In this document: positions 30,268-43,128 of the stretch, in pieces | Layout: the number at the start of each line of letters is the position of its first letter | How positions within the stretch are numbered: the first letter of the stretch is position 1 | Assembly (NCBI GenBank): GCA_973895155.1 | Contig: OZ316892.1 | Span: 25,629,233 to 25,693,232 of the forward strand | Direction of reading: 5' to 3' | DNA length: 64,000 nucleotides | Source: Marsupella aquatica | Lineage: Eukaryota > Plantae > Marchantiophyta | The notes under the pieces: generated by a model | What the model was told of the DNA's origin: nothing | Databases searched by the model: none | What the model saw: the letters and a program-made list of their open reading frames with translations, nothing else | Made by a program: the position numbers and the translations under genes

Positions 30268-30862
30268 CCGAAAGGCAATCCAAAGAGCAGAGATGAAATC
30301 AGAACCTCTCTCTAGAGTGGTGTCGAATTTTGCCTCATCCGGGAACCGCAGGTACAGTAGTACAATGTTCTAACCGGGGTATCCTTTTCACCAACCCCGG
30401 TTACGAGGTTAGAGGGGCTATAAATGCCCATGATGCTCTGATAAACCCTAAACAGGACAGTTTAAACACAAAGCCTAAGAGAATGTTTTTTCTCCTTTTT
30501 AAAGAAAGTACTGGAGAAGTTTCACAATGTGAGGAGAGCTTTTTGTATCCAGGAAATTCCTGTTTAGAGGGCATTATGGGATATAATGCCCTCCCAAAAT
30601 GAGAGCTTTGGCTCAAGTTTTGAGAGATTACTATTGCCCGTACTGCTCTGGAAATAAGACCTTACTACACTTAAAGGCCTGAGAGACTTATATGTTTTTC
30701 CTAACTATAGTAAAGGTAGACAATAATCTTCCTAAAGAGAGTGATTCAGATCTCGTCTTGGTTTTGTTGGAAAAGCCACCAATCTTGACTCTGCACCCCT
30801 GGCTGCACACTTAACATTACAAAGAGAAGAATCATGAAGATTATCGTACACTATGTTGTGGG

Positions 30863-31326
30863 CCCGGTTTGGACTTGTCGGACAAATAGGGCCATTTGGA
30901 GCGACAAATGACATATGTCGCCCCGGTTGATCCCGGCCGGGTGACAGGGTCAGGCCAGGAGGGTGTGGAGCCGGGCCGGGAGAAGGGTCGGGGGATTGGC
31001 CCGGGGGGGGGGTCCGGTCGGGGGTTGGGCTGGCCAGGAGTCGGGCAGGGAGGGCCCTGACCCTAAACTGGGGGCTGGCTCACCTAACCGGGGGAGTCGG
31101 AGAGGGCCGGGAGACTTCAGGAGACTTTACAACCGGGCCAGGAGCATTCGGGGGAGTCTGGGACAGGGCCGGGAGAGTTCAAGACCGGACCAGGGATGGT
31201 TCAGGAATTTTTGGTCCTGGCCGGGGAATATAAGGGAATATTGGACAGAGAGGCCGTTTTTGAGCAGACAAGTTGTCATTTGTCATGTTGGACTAGTAGA
31301 CATCTTGTCCGACAGTGAAAACCCGG
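30863..31326. mobile_element. GC-rich non-autonomous hAT-like MITE (CCCGGTTT termini)
   Basis: Termini CCCGGTTTG / AAAACCCGG, with 8-bp TSD GTTGTGGG at 30855-30862 and 31327-31334. Confidence 0.75.
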
Positions 31327-32069
31327 GTTGTGGGGGAGTGGAAGGAGGAAGAAGAAGTTGTGGGGTGCAATGATGAATGTGAGCAAAGTGGAAAAGCAGG
31401 TCTTCCTTACAGACATTTTTGCTACCCCGGGGAAATGATAAGGCTTTTGCACCCACAAACATGACTGCATAGATGCCATAGTTGAGACGACAACATTTTT
31501 CTTCCTCACTTGCAATTCTTGACCTCACCTTGACAATTATGTGCAACACATCCCTAGGTATTGTTGCACCAATGACTGCATGGCCATAAGATTTTGCTGT
31601 CACAATGACAATCCTCACCTAAAATTTGCCTCATCTTGATGCTTTTCCACAAACATGATTGCATTTATGACATAGTTGAAACAAAAAGACATTTGTTACT
31701 CACTATCAAATTCTCACAATGACAATTATCACCTAAAATCTGCCTCATCTTGTGTGACACTTTTGCACAAACACATGTGATTGCATTTTTGGCAAAGTTG
31801 AAATTATTTTTTTGCTTCACTTGCAATTATTTACCTCACTCTCTTCCATATATAGCATGTTCATCTTAGAACATGCTTCATTTTTTTTGTTTTTTTGTGA
31901 AATGCAGGTGATCTAATTTTTTAGTCATAAATCGATCACTTCTATAGCCACTAATTTTTTTTTCAGATAAATCGGTCTCTTCTGCAGTCACTAAAGGATA
32001 AAGAAGCGATATTTTGAGATAGGTGAGCAAAGATAAGCATGAAGAGAAGGGCTCCAACTTATGACTAAA

Positions 32070-34380
32070 ACACAATTATTGACTGGCTCAGTGACCAGCC
32101 TCCATTATCAGTGCTGTACGTCAGCTTTGGATCGGATGGCCTTCGTTCGCTGACCAGCCCAGTCTGGTCAGTATAGCCAGGTCAGTAATTCACGATGAAA
32201 GACAAGATTGAGGCTCATAATGAGCCTCCCGTACCTTTTCATCGCCCGCTGCCCGCACTTGCTGCCTGAATTTTTTTGAAAGTCACATTTTTTCTAAGTG
32301 TGCCTAGAGTGTGAATGATCCCCACTTTTGGGTGGAGTGAATGACAAAAACACCTTTTGTTGCTCACCAGATTCGAAACTGAGACCTGTTGCATCCCAAA
32401 GGAGATGCTCTACCATCCAGCTTTGGGGCAGTTGGTGTCCAGGCTGATTCGCTCTAGGTATCTAACCACATACTAATGTCAGAAATATTGGGTAGTGGGC
32501 AGTCACGTATGGGGCGAATCAATGCTAATCACATTGATTAGCCTCAATCTTGCCTTTCTTCTTAATGGTCAGTATGTATTCTATAAAGTCCATGGGTCAG
32601 GGCTAATTAAAGTTCTCTGCAATGCAATTATTCTATTCATGGTGTAGATCCATATATTGCTTTCTAAATGATGGTTTTTAATGGGACAAGCTGTAAAAAT
32701 AGGCTTACCAAAAAAAGTGCTTATCAGTGACCTGGATAAGATTGAAAGGTCATGAAGCACGGAAGACTGTATATTCAAGATTGGTTCTAGCGAAAAGGAT
32801 CACTTCTGGACAGGGAGTCTGTCAAGAGGTGGAGGTCTTGGGAAAAATATAGCAAGAAGTATAGTCAGGTGAGCAAGGGTCCTTGATGCGTGGACAGCTA
32901 CTATAGTTAGAGAGAAAAAATGTCTTCTAGGAATCATGGCTAGCTGGAAACAGGAGACTTGCTTTGATTGAAAGATTGAGGGGGCTTTACAAGACTGGGG
33001 GCAGTTCAGTGTCTCTCCATCCAAAGCAAAGTTGATGGCCATTTCCTTACACAAAAGTTAAAATGCCTGAGCCAAAATGTGTCAAGTTTGGAAGTAATCA
33101 ATGCAATTCCCTGAAAATAAGCTGCTGTTTGCTCCAGGCTTTTAGATCACCTCAAGAGGAGGTCTAAGTTTTTGACAAAAAAGCTTGCACACATCAGCAA
33201 AGAAAAGGGACCCACAAGGGGCCCACTGACAAATGACAAGGTTCAATAATGCTTTTGTTTGATTGTACCCCAAGTTCATGTAAAGTGAAGTGTGGCCATG
33301 TTCCCACATATGATTGGTTAGGATTGCAACTCTCACTTAGAAAAAAAGAAATTTCTGCCCCCAAGTTCTTGTAAAGCCACCCTGAGGGTCTCGTGGAGAC
33401 TAAATGGGGGAACGATGCCTAGCATTAGAAGCCTTTATTAGCTCCAGGTAACTGAATGTGGGAAAAGCAGGCCTAGCTGGAGGGATGAGATTGGCTTGGG
33501 AAAACTCCTTGAGTGTGACCAGGAAAAATGGCTGCAAACTGAGTATTTTGAGCTTGAGTGACAGAAGATTCATGGCTAGCATGAGAAGTGTGTGTCAGTT
33601 ACTTAGCTTTCAGTTGAGGCAGGGTTCCCATTTCGCTACATTTAACACACTCGCACTGTACTTGCTGCATGACCAGATATTTGGAAGTGGGGTTGAAGGT
33701 GGCGATCATACTGTCTTCTATTCATTGAGGACTTGTTTGTAAAAGCAGATGATTTTGCAAAGGCATTGATGTTGTCCTTCAATCTGAACAAGCTAGGCAC
33801 AGCAATGAGAGAGAGCATGGTGAAGTACAAGACCAGCATAGGTGCGGAGCTGGTCCCCGGTGGATCATCTCATGCAGCCCTAACGGAATAAGTTTGCAAA
33901 CATAATTAAGGGTGAGCCAGTGATTGTTTACCTAGAGTTATTTCAAAAGTCATTTTCTAACCGGGATTCAAACAACTGATAGCACAATCCAGCGTCGTTA
34001 GAAGGAGATTCAGAAGATAATACATAATTTGTAGACAAGCTAGATAGCAAGGTGCTTTTTAGAAGGATTAATTCCCAGATTAATTGGGACAAGAAGTTCT
34101 GACAGAGGTGAAGCTCAACCCCAAGCTCAACACAAGTTCAGATTGTTTCTTGTGGCCAGATAGGGCAGTGACACTAATTCTTACATAACACTAATTAAAG
34201 TAGTGATCAATATAATTACGCACTAGTGTGGCAAGTGGGTTTGTATGTCAAGATTCAACAATTGTAACAAAGTTCTATGCCACATAAATTACTGTTAGAC
34301 TGATCCGCAAAGGTCATGCCTGTTTGAGTGAAAGAGTTGTCAAAAAGTTTGATCCAGAACCAGATCTTGTTTCCCTGCCG
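32070..34380 (+). pseudogene. UDP-glycosyltransferase fragment (internally deleted exon 3, intron 3, exon 4, 3' flank)
   Basis: IIDWLSDQPPLSVLYVSFG is fused directly to IGWPSFADQP. Intron 3 resembles 57620-58314. Exon 4 at ~33676-33960 is frameshifted and contains stops. Confidence 0.8.
32188..32566. mobile_element. hAT-like MITE inserted at the UGT intron-3 donor site, containing a tRNA-like segment
   Basis: Imperfect ~35-bp TIRs (ATTCACGATGAAAGACAAGATTGAGGCTCATAATG / CATTGATTAGCCTCAATCTTGCCTTTCTTCTTAAT). 8-bp TSD GGTCAGTA at 32180-32187 and 32567-32574. The paralog at 57620 shows the empty site. Confidence 0.8.
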
Positions 34381-36692
34381 GTAATCACACATCAAAATGT
34401 GGTTGCATACATTGATTGAAAGAAAATACGAGGTTTATCATGGTATGCAGGGATGTCGACGTACACCGTATATGTCATATTTTGATGTGCAATTACCAAG
34501 ACCCATCTTGTTTTGCTTGATAGACTAAGTAGGGACAAGGTCGTCACAACGCCCAAGGCAATTACTACATGTAATGTCAGCATATAGTACTTTACATGGA
34601 AATGTTTTTGGCATGTAGTCCTTATATGAGAAGTACATTGTTATGAGAGGATTTTTGACTTTTTGCTATTTGAAGTGGACTTCATTTCTCCATGATTGGG
34701 TTAATTCCAGTTTTTCCTCAGTTTTTTCCCCCTTTTTAAAAATCATGTTGGAGGGAAGAAAATAGTGGTAGGAGGGAGACTGGAGGGTGCGAGGGAGCTA
34801 CAGCAAAAGGAGAAAGAGAGGGCACAGGGAGAGGAAACAGGAAAAGGAAAATATAAATAAAGATATAGTGATTTAAAGGAAAAATAGAAATAAGGAAAAA
34901 GGAAAAAGGAAATAGGGAAAAAGGAAAAAAATTCTCCCTCCATATGGCACAAAGTGACCATGCCTGCACCAGGTGAATTCTTTCAATTGCCTTTCTTAAT
35001 TCCCTTTCCTCACTAGCTTGTATTTCTTTGCCTTGCCTACATTTCTTTGCCTTGCCTTGACATCTTTGTTTTGCCTTGATATCTTTTGTCTCGTCTTTTG
35101 TGCAAAGCATGGGCACTGGGCTTCTTCTTACATAACCACATTTGCTTTGTCTGTCTCCCCATTAGCCAGTCCCCGAGCCAGTCTCCTAGTTAGCAACAGT
35201 CCCCTTTGGCCATAATCTATAACGGTCATCCTAAAGTCCACTCAGGGAGATCTCATCCTTAAATTTAAGGAGATCTGAGAGTCTTAAATGAATGTACAAC
35301 AAAAAATCACATAAGTAACCTTAGAATATCACACACAAGGTAACATTCAATAACCAGACTAGAGAAAAAGGAGACATGCATTTACCGGGACATTTACTTG
35401 ATGGATCCCAAATCAGAATATGTCCCCCAACGTACCAACCCCATCATGAGGTTTTGGGCACATCCATTTAAGGTCTATCCAGTACCACTTTTATTTTTGG
35501 GGTACATCATTCAAGTGAATGTCTCAGCCAAAATTAATTTGGGAACCCCTTGTTTCTTTGCATAATTAGGGACTTTTAATCCCTGAGCTTAGTTGGAGTT
35601 AGTGAATTTCAATGCATCTAATGAATCCGTTTCTCATGACCTGAAATTGGTTTTCTGGAGCAAACAATTTTGGTTTTGGTATACAAGATACCCCTTTTTA
35701 CTAAGGTGTCCCCCACAATGACCAAAATTAGTAGCTGCTCCCCCATTCTATTTTATTTGTCTCCTGCACCCCCATTTCATATACGGGGTTGAGTTAACCA
35801 GAGGAGTTAACTCAACATCGGCCCTCATTGGTCATATGCCATGTGACAAGGCGTGATTGGATCCTCTTTACCCCCGTCCCAAGACCTAACCGGCCCTCCC
35901 TCAGTCTCACTCCCGACAGTCCGCCCGCGCCCGTTAGTGCATCCCAGGCACCAGGCCAGCAGCACTACGCAGCCAGGCCCAAATGGGCCCGTTTTCTCCC
36001 TGCATTGCCCCACCCCACCCAGCAATCTCTTGGCCGAGCACCCTCCCACAGCTCGGCAATCCTCACAGGGCCCGACGACCACTTCCCAGTGGCCCGACGA
36101 TCATTACTCCTCCCGGCCAGGCCTGTTTTCACCAAAGGAAATGTTCAAATGTTTACACATTTGAGAGTGGTCTGCAGATTGTGAAAGGGTAGTGTTGTGG
36201 GTGACTGTCCGCGACGGCCAAAGTGAAGGGGTTACAACAGTAAGAGAGAGGGAAGCAGTAAGTAAGGGCAGTGGCCTTTGACAGCACGACGTAGCGGCAT
36301 CAGCGCATCCTCCCAGCCGGACGTTTTTCTCTAAGACCTTGCAGAATCTTGCCACATTTGAGCCCGACTTTCAATAGACTCTGGCACCAGCCCAAGAGAA
36401 GGACAGATTGAGACAGGTGCAGTGCAGGTGGGAGGACGAACTTGAACAGGAGCAAAGTCTGTTGTGTTCTTGCTGTGAACCAGGAATGCTATAAGTGTAA
36501 ATAATTCTTGAACACTGAAGCCCCGAGTGAAGCATTTTGGGTATATCTGATCATGATGTCCACTTGTTGTTGCCTTATAGCACTCATGAACCAAGATTGT
36601 TCTCAATGTAATTGTTCAAAACTGAAGCATCCTCAGTTTGGCTAATTTTTTCAGGACCACTTCTTGTTGTGCTGCGTTATGTTCTAGGAATC

Positions 36693-38801
36693 ATGGAATC
36701 AACAGAACCATCACAACTGAAGGTAGGCATGACCTTTGAGAGTTGGGAGGAGTTGAAGAAAGCCATTGTTGATGAAGGCGTGCGAACAGAGAGAGTGATT
36801 GTGACACAAAAGAAGGACCACAACAAGTGGAAGGTCAGATGTCGGATGAATGACAGCAGCCTGGGTGAGAAGCAATGTCTTTGGCATGTAAGGGCCACAA
36901 AAAAGTCTCAAACTGAAACCATTACCATCACTCGAACACATCTGGACCACTCATGTGAGGCTGCAGACCAGTACAAACGCAGAATGCACTCCAATGCTGA
37001 CCGCCTTGCAGATCGCATATTGGATATCATTCAGAAAAACTGGCAAACTTGACCTTCATTCCTAAGAGATACAGCCCAGGCATTAGTTCACCCAGACATT
37101 AAATATCACACTGCATACTCTGCAAAACAGAGAGCTCTAAAGCGTCTAGATGGAGACCAAACAGAGTCTTTCAAGTTAATTCCATCTCATTGTCACCATA
37201 TTTTAGAATGTGATCCAGGGGCAGTAGCCAAGTATAGAGCTCCAAATCGGCAATTGGATATGCTCTTTGTAAGTCCTTCTGCTTCCAAGGACTCTTTTCG
37301 TCACTGCAGGCCAATGATTGCATTGGACGGCACCCATACACGATGCATGTACCCCTGGACTATTGTTGTTGCCCACCACACTAGATGCCAATAACACTGT
37401 CATTGTGCTTGCTTATTGCTGGGTGCCATCAGAAAATGAGTCCAACTGGATGTTGTTTTTGAAACTATTACGGGATGCTATTCCAGATTTGAGCAAGGTA
37501 GGGACTGTATTCATTTCAGATAGGGAGAAAGGTTTGACTCATGGAGTGCCACACATTTTCCCCCATGGGCATCTAGCATATTGCACTTGGCATCTTGCAG
37601 AGAACGTGCACAAACACCATGGGAAAGAAGTGAGGAAATTGTTTGAGGGTTTGCCGTATGCTGTGACTCCAGCAAAGTACAGTGCCCGGCTGCAATTGAT
37701 TGAACAAAAGAGCTGCTGCAGACTACATTAAAAAGACAGCAGATCCAAAATACTATTCGAGAGCTTTTTTTCCCACTCAGAGGCAAGCATTTCCTTTGTG
37801 CCTTTTTGAATTTCATGTGCAATTTACAGTCCAGTGTGGAACAATGGAAAAAATTGACTTCTTGAACCTTGTTTGTAACAGATGGGGCCACAACACTTCA
37901 CAACTAGTCCAGCTTTCAATGCTGGTCAAAGTACAACAAGCTGAAAGTTGTAATCGTGCTCTCAAACCACAACGGCAAGAGGTACCATTGAACATGTCTT
38001 GCCAGATTTGGGATTATGTCATGGAGAAATATTTTGAAAAAAAAGAGATGGCTGCGGGAATCAAAACCCCTTTCCCTCCCAATGTTCATCATGACATATT
38101 TGAGGGACATTGAGGAGAAAGCTACTCATCTGACCGCTCATCCTTCAACTCAAACAGAGGTGAGAATTACTGATGATCGGAACAATCAGTATATTGTCCA
38201 GTTGGAACCTGAATGGTCATGCACCTGTGGTGACTTTCAAGACACTCTTATGCCATGCATGCATGCTTGGAGGGCCTTGACTAGATTGTACAAGAGACAT
38301 TATGATTATGTCTCTCCACTGTATAGCTTGGATACATTCAGAAAAACCTATGAGGCTCATCTGCCAGCCTTGGTAAAGAGTGAGTTGTTGCTAGATCCAA
38401 ATTGTGGTCCACCGCTGAAGAAACGGAGGAAAGGGCGTCCAACAGAGAGGGTGCGGATGCACTTTGATGATTCAGAAGTTTGTCGGTTGCCTCGAAAGTG
38501 CAGAGTGTGTGGTGACCGAGGACATGACAGGCGAAATTGTCTCTTGCGTGAGGCGGCTAAAGCAGCACAAGTGAACACTAGTGTACAGCTGCTGGACAAT
38601 GATGTGGAGAGTACTGAACAGTTGGACATTGACCACCACAATGTGTCCTTAAGTGACAGTGATGATTCTACATTCATTGCACAGATCAACGAGGTAGGAA
38701 ATAGCCACACTATAGTTGGTTGGGGGACTCAAGAAAGCTACAAAATTGGTAGCTTTTCCCAATTGCTGTCCAGTGTGGAATCTCAGGCAGTAGATCTTTG
38801 A
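36693..38801 (+). pseudogene. MuDR/MURA-type transposase, disrupted (stop at 37050-37052 and frameshifts)
   Basis: N-terminal LKVGMTFESWEELKKAI..C..CLWHVRA..HSC. DDE core RPMIALDG..LDANN..ENESNW..FISDREKGL..AYCTWHLAEN. SWIM finger CTCGDFQDTLMPCMHA and zinc knuckle CRVCGDRGHDRRNC. Confidence 0.9.
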
Positions 38802-39101
38802 ATTGGCTGTACATAGCTGGACAGGGCTTCACTGGGCATCCAGCCTTTGTAACATCTTTGTTGAGGAATGAAATCAACCAACAGAGCTCCTGTTTTTTTG
38901 AACGGAATTGAATGTTGTCATGGAATGATTTATCCATCCATTTTAGTCTTCATTGAAGGTGCGTGCAAACACAATTACATTGACACATGTAAATCTTTAC
39001 TTAGCCACAAAACATACATAGGGCCATCATATATAGATAGCACAAAACCACAACACAAAATGTCTAATTCACTGTCTAGTATCTCCATCATAGATACTAC
39101 T

Positions 39102-39770
39102 CTACATGGGCACATTTCCCCAAGCAACCCTTCTTGTGATCCCCTTCTGCATATAATCTTCAGCCTCTGCCCTCGTCTTGAAGGACTTGAACTTGCAATT
39201 ACTATATCCCCACACTTGTTTCTCACATTCATCCCAAGTCATATAAATGCCTGGCTGGAAACCACGCACCACTGCATAGAATTTTTGTTTATGTCCCGGT
39301 CTCCATGTGAAGGCATGGCTATTTACGTTCTGCACTTGTGCTTCTCCTCTGCCCACTTCTAATTCTGCCACCCTAAAACTTGGACTCTCTCGACCAACCT
39401 GTTCTGCTAGCCTAAAATTTGAGTCCACCATTGAGCCTTGGAGCAACGGGGTTGTAACTGCATCAGCATTTGTGAACTCCACCTTTCTCGTTGTTTCAAG
39501 CTGCACATTATTTGTTTGCTGCCCCAATGTGTGTTCCATTTCTTCTGCCTGCTCACCAAATGCGTCTGATGGGAAATCGGGAGCACTTGGTTCATGGTAA
39601 ACTCCATGTCCACTTTAGTCAAAGGACTGCAGACAGTGGTGCAAGTAGTCCTGACCTGAGCATGGTCAACCATTTTTGAGATTACATGAAACAAGGTGCT
39701 AAGCACTCTCAAGGTCGCCCAGATGCACATCAACACGGCCTTCACAATATATCCAAGCTTTCCTGCCATC
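39102..39770 (-). CDS. Second MULE gene encoding an RNase H1 N-terminal hybrid-binding (Cauli_VI / viroplasmin-type) domain; 5' structure uncertain
   Basis: ORF 39102-39539 contains KFYAVVRGFQPGIYMTWDECEKQVWGYSNCKFKSFKTRAEAEDYM (~39149-39286), matching the YAVxxGxxxG(I/V)YxxWxECxxxVxG..FKxFxxxxEA signature. An upstream ORF (39407-39784) in another frame may be joined by splicing or a frameshift. Confidence 0.7.
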
Positions 39771-42700
39771 TCCTTTGTCTTCACACCCTCCCTTTGTTCC
39801 TACCTTGAACGCTGCCCTCGCACTCCCACGACTGGCCTTCAATGCACTCCTCAAGACTGAAATGAATACAGTGTAGAGCTCGAAAGTGGCAACATTTGTT
39901 TTTTGGATAAAAACAAGTACATCCAGGAGTGAGGAGTCCGCTACCCTCCACTACCCTCCGCGCGATTGTAATTCCACCTTCGCCCCTGCCTAAAGCCTTC
40001 TCACAAGGTGGTACCCCTCTCCCACATTGCTTCCCTTCCCCCACGATAGCTACGGATAGTCACCCACTTCCCTTCACATAGGATACACTGGTCCAATGTG
40101 TAAACATTGCGGTAAGCATTCGCACCTTCCCTTTGGTAAACACTGGCCTGGGAGGAGCAATGATCATCACAAAGTGGTCGTCGGGCCGTGGGAGGGTGCT
40201 CAGTCGAGAGATTGCTGGGTGGGTTGGGGCAATGCAGGGAGAAAACGGGTCCATTGGGGCCTGGCTGCGTAGTGATGCTGGCCTGGTGCCGGGCCTGGTG
40301 CCTGGGATGCACTAACGGGCGCGGGCGGACTATTGGGAGCGAGACTGAGGGAGGGCCGGTTAGGTCTTGGGATGGGGGTAAAGAGGATCCAATCACGCCT
40401 CGCCACATGGCATACAACCAATGAGGGCCGATGTTGAGTTAACTCCTCTGGTTAACTCAACCCCATATACGAAATGGGGGTGCAGGAGACAAATAAAATA
40501 GAATGGGGGAGCAACTACTAATTTTGGTCATTGTGGGGGACACCTTAGTAAAAAGCGGATACAAGATATCTATGAGTGAATAACTTATCACAACACAATT
40601 GCTGGCATTGTTATCATCGCATTGTTCCCAGCTGGGCTTATAAACTTTTTGAAGGGCATTCCCACTTGTCTTTTGTTAGGTAGTTATTTAACTGCCCCTT
40701 GGTGGCATTAAACACCTACTTATTTGGATACCAAAATTTAATTTGAAAATACATTATTATATGAATTATTTGAATTTACAAAAAATCAAAAAGTAAGTAA
40801 AGTGGTTAGTATTAAAAAATGTTTCATCTATTCCTTTGTATTTGGTCTTTCAAACTCTTAATTAGGGTTTACTACATGGCTATCCAAAAGTTACATAAAA
40901 GTCATCACAAACATGATTTGGGTGGTTATTTTTCTTCACAAAATTGTCATGCCATGTTTGTTGTTCACCTTGCTACATGGTACTCTCTGGTGCCAAGAAT
41001 TTTGCAAGGGATCCCATATTGGGGTCCCTAACAAAAAGCTTGAAGCGGGCTTTAAAGATTATGTTTGTTAAGGAAACTAAAGTGGGCCCTAGGTGTACAA
41101 GACATGCATGAAAAACTTTAAAGATTATGATCATGGGACTTTAGTAGGGCTTTGGTTTAAGAGTATGAGCATGAAAAATTAACTTTAAAAGATTACGCTC
41201 GTCAAGGAGTAACTGAGGACCAATCTGAGTTGTAGCAAGGTGATAAAGAGATAAAAGACTATTTACTCCTTAACAACTCGATTTCGTTCCGGTTAGGAGT
41301 GGATGAGATCAAAAAGACCAAATTAACATAATTTGAGAAGTTTTTACCAACATTCTCTAGGTTGGAGAGATTTCTAATGATTTTCTTAACATAAGTGTTT
41401 AACCACAACTCAAGTGGGTAATCCTTAAGATTCACAGTGCAATAATAAAGACTAGAATTAACAAAGATTGAAACTAGAGGGAGAGTAGATAGGAGGTTTC
41501 AAATGCAAGGGAATTGAATTTCTGACCATCACCACTCCTTCAATAAGGATTATGGCCTAATTTAAGATTCAGAAATCAACATTTTCTATGCTTTTTGATT
41601 TTCTCGTAGCAACTCTTCTCCATCTATTGAATTTAGAAGACATGAATGTAAATCAACCTGGGATACTTTTCTGGTCTTGTTAAGGACGGTACTCGGATAC
41701 TCGAATTGGCTTACTTCTCCTACAATCCTTAAGATTGCTTGTTTGAGTTTTGTGCAAATGTCAATTTCCTCTTTGGTGAATCTTCCAAATGTATTGGTCA
41801 CAAATCTCATTGATCTTCCAATATCATTAAGGCACACTCTAGCATTCCTTGAACACTTCACAACAACTCAAGGGTTGCTAAACTTCTTCGTTTTACTCAA
41901 CCATAGTGAAAAGAAGGGAAGAAAAGACATAGATTCCTTCAGAGGCAATGAGGAAATCAAATGTATATTTTCTCTCCCTCTTTGACTTCAAGTTCTCCTC
42001 TTTTTATACTAAAAAAGGGAATTATGAAAGGACATGCCTTTTCAAAACTCAAGTCTAAAGGAATATGTAAACAAATGTAAGCTACCCTAGTCAAAAATGG
42101 AGTAGAGTCTCCAATAACTACATAAACAAAATACTGGAGTCTACTTACTCATATACTAATCTATATAGCTATTTCTAGGTCTAAACTAATGTGGCTCCAA
42201 CTCTCTAAATATAACTCTATTCTGGTCCTAGCTTTTGGGAAGGAACCTCCTCGGGGTTAGCCATGGCAAGGGGTTCTGGTCGAAGGAAAATTCCCTGCTG
42301 GCCAGTGGTAAAAGGGATGGACGGGTCAATATCAATGTTCTCCTAATGGGCACTTGGGTCATGAGAATAAGTGTAAGAATGGGAGTGGAAGTGTACACTG
42401 GGAGTGGGGAAACCAGGAGGGTTGAGGGGTGATGAGGGGCCAGTGGAATAGACTCCTTCATGAGGACTAGGAGAGAAAGATCTGGTAGTAAAGGGAGGAA
42501 TCTCAGTATCAGCTAATAGCTCCTCTGTAGTCAAGTCACTCATCTCCCTTAAGGCTTCACAGGTCTTTGAGAGACCCGTAAGTGCATCATCCACCTTGGC
42601 ACTCACATCTATCACTAAATGGTTAATCTTGGAGAAAAGGATGGGTGTGGTGTTCTTGGCCAAATACTCATCATAAATTTGGGCCTTAAGAAGATCTAGA

Positions 42701-43128
42701 GAAGCTATCTTAGTCAAAGGCTCAATCAGATCCAAAGATTGAGTGATACTGAGTTGGAGAGTATGCTCAAGCTCATTCTTCTTCTTACTCCTTTCCAACT
42801 GTTATTTGAGTTCAGATATCTTCTTCTTGAGGAACTCATTCTCCTTCTCCACTTCCTCTTAATATATGTGGCATCACTCATGGTGGAGATCTTTTCAAGA
42901 ATCTGCCCTGGTTTCACTCCTAACTTCTGAAAAATGTCAGTGATGACCTTCTCCATCATAGTGGTCTTCCTCTTCACCTTCTGGAATGTGTCTGAGATGA
43001 TCTGGAAATCAGCTAGGGTGTCTTGGGAGGCATGGTCGGTGTCGTGGGGATTCTTTGTTTAGTAAGTTCCTTCTAAGTATAGCTTAGTAGTATAGGATAA
43101 TAGTTTGAATTCTCGCATTATATGCAGT

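Larger units (their letters stand above)
35691..40558. mobile_element. Mutator-like element (MULE), 4868 bp, ~500-bp TIRs, 10-bp TSD
   Basis: TIRs at 35691-~36210 and ~40050-40558 (CCCCTTTTTACTAAGGTGTCCCCCACAATG / CATTGTGGGGGACACCTTAGTAAAAAGCGG). Perfect TSD ATACAAGATA at 35681-35690 and 40559-40568. Confidence 0.95.
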
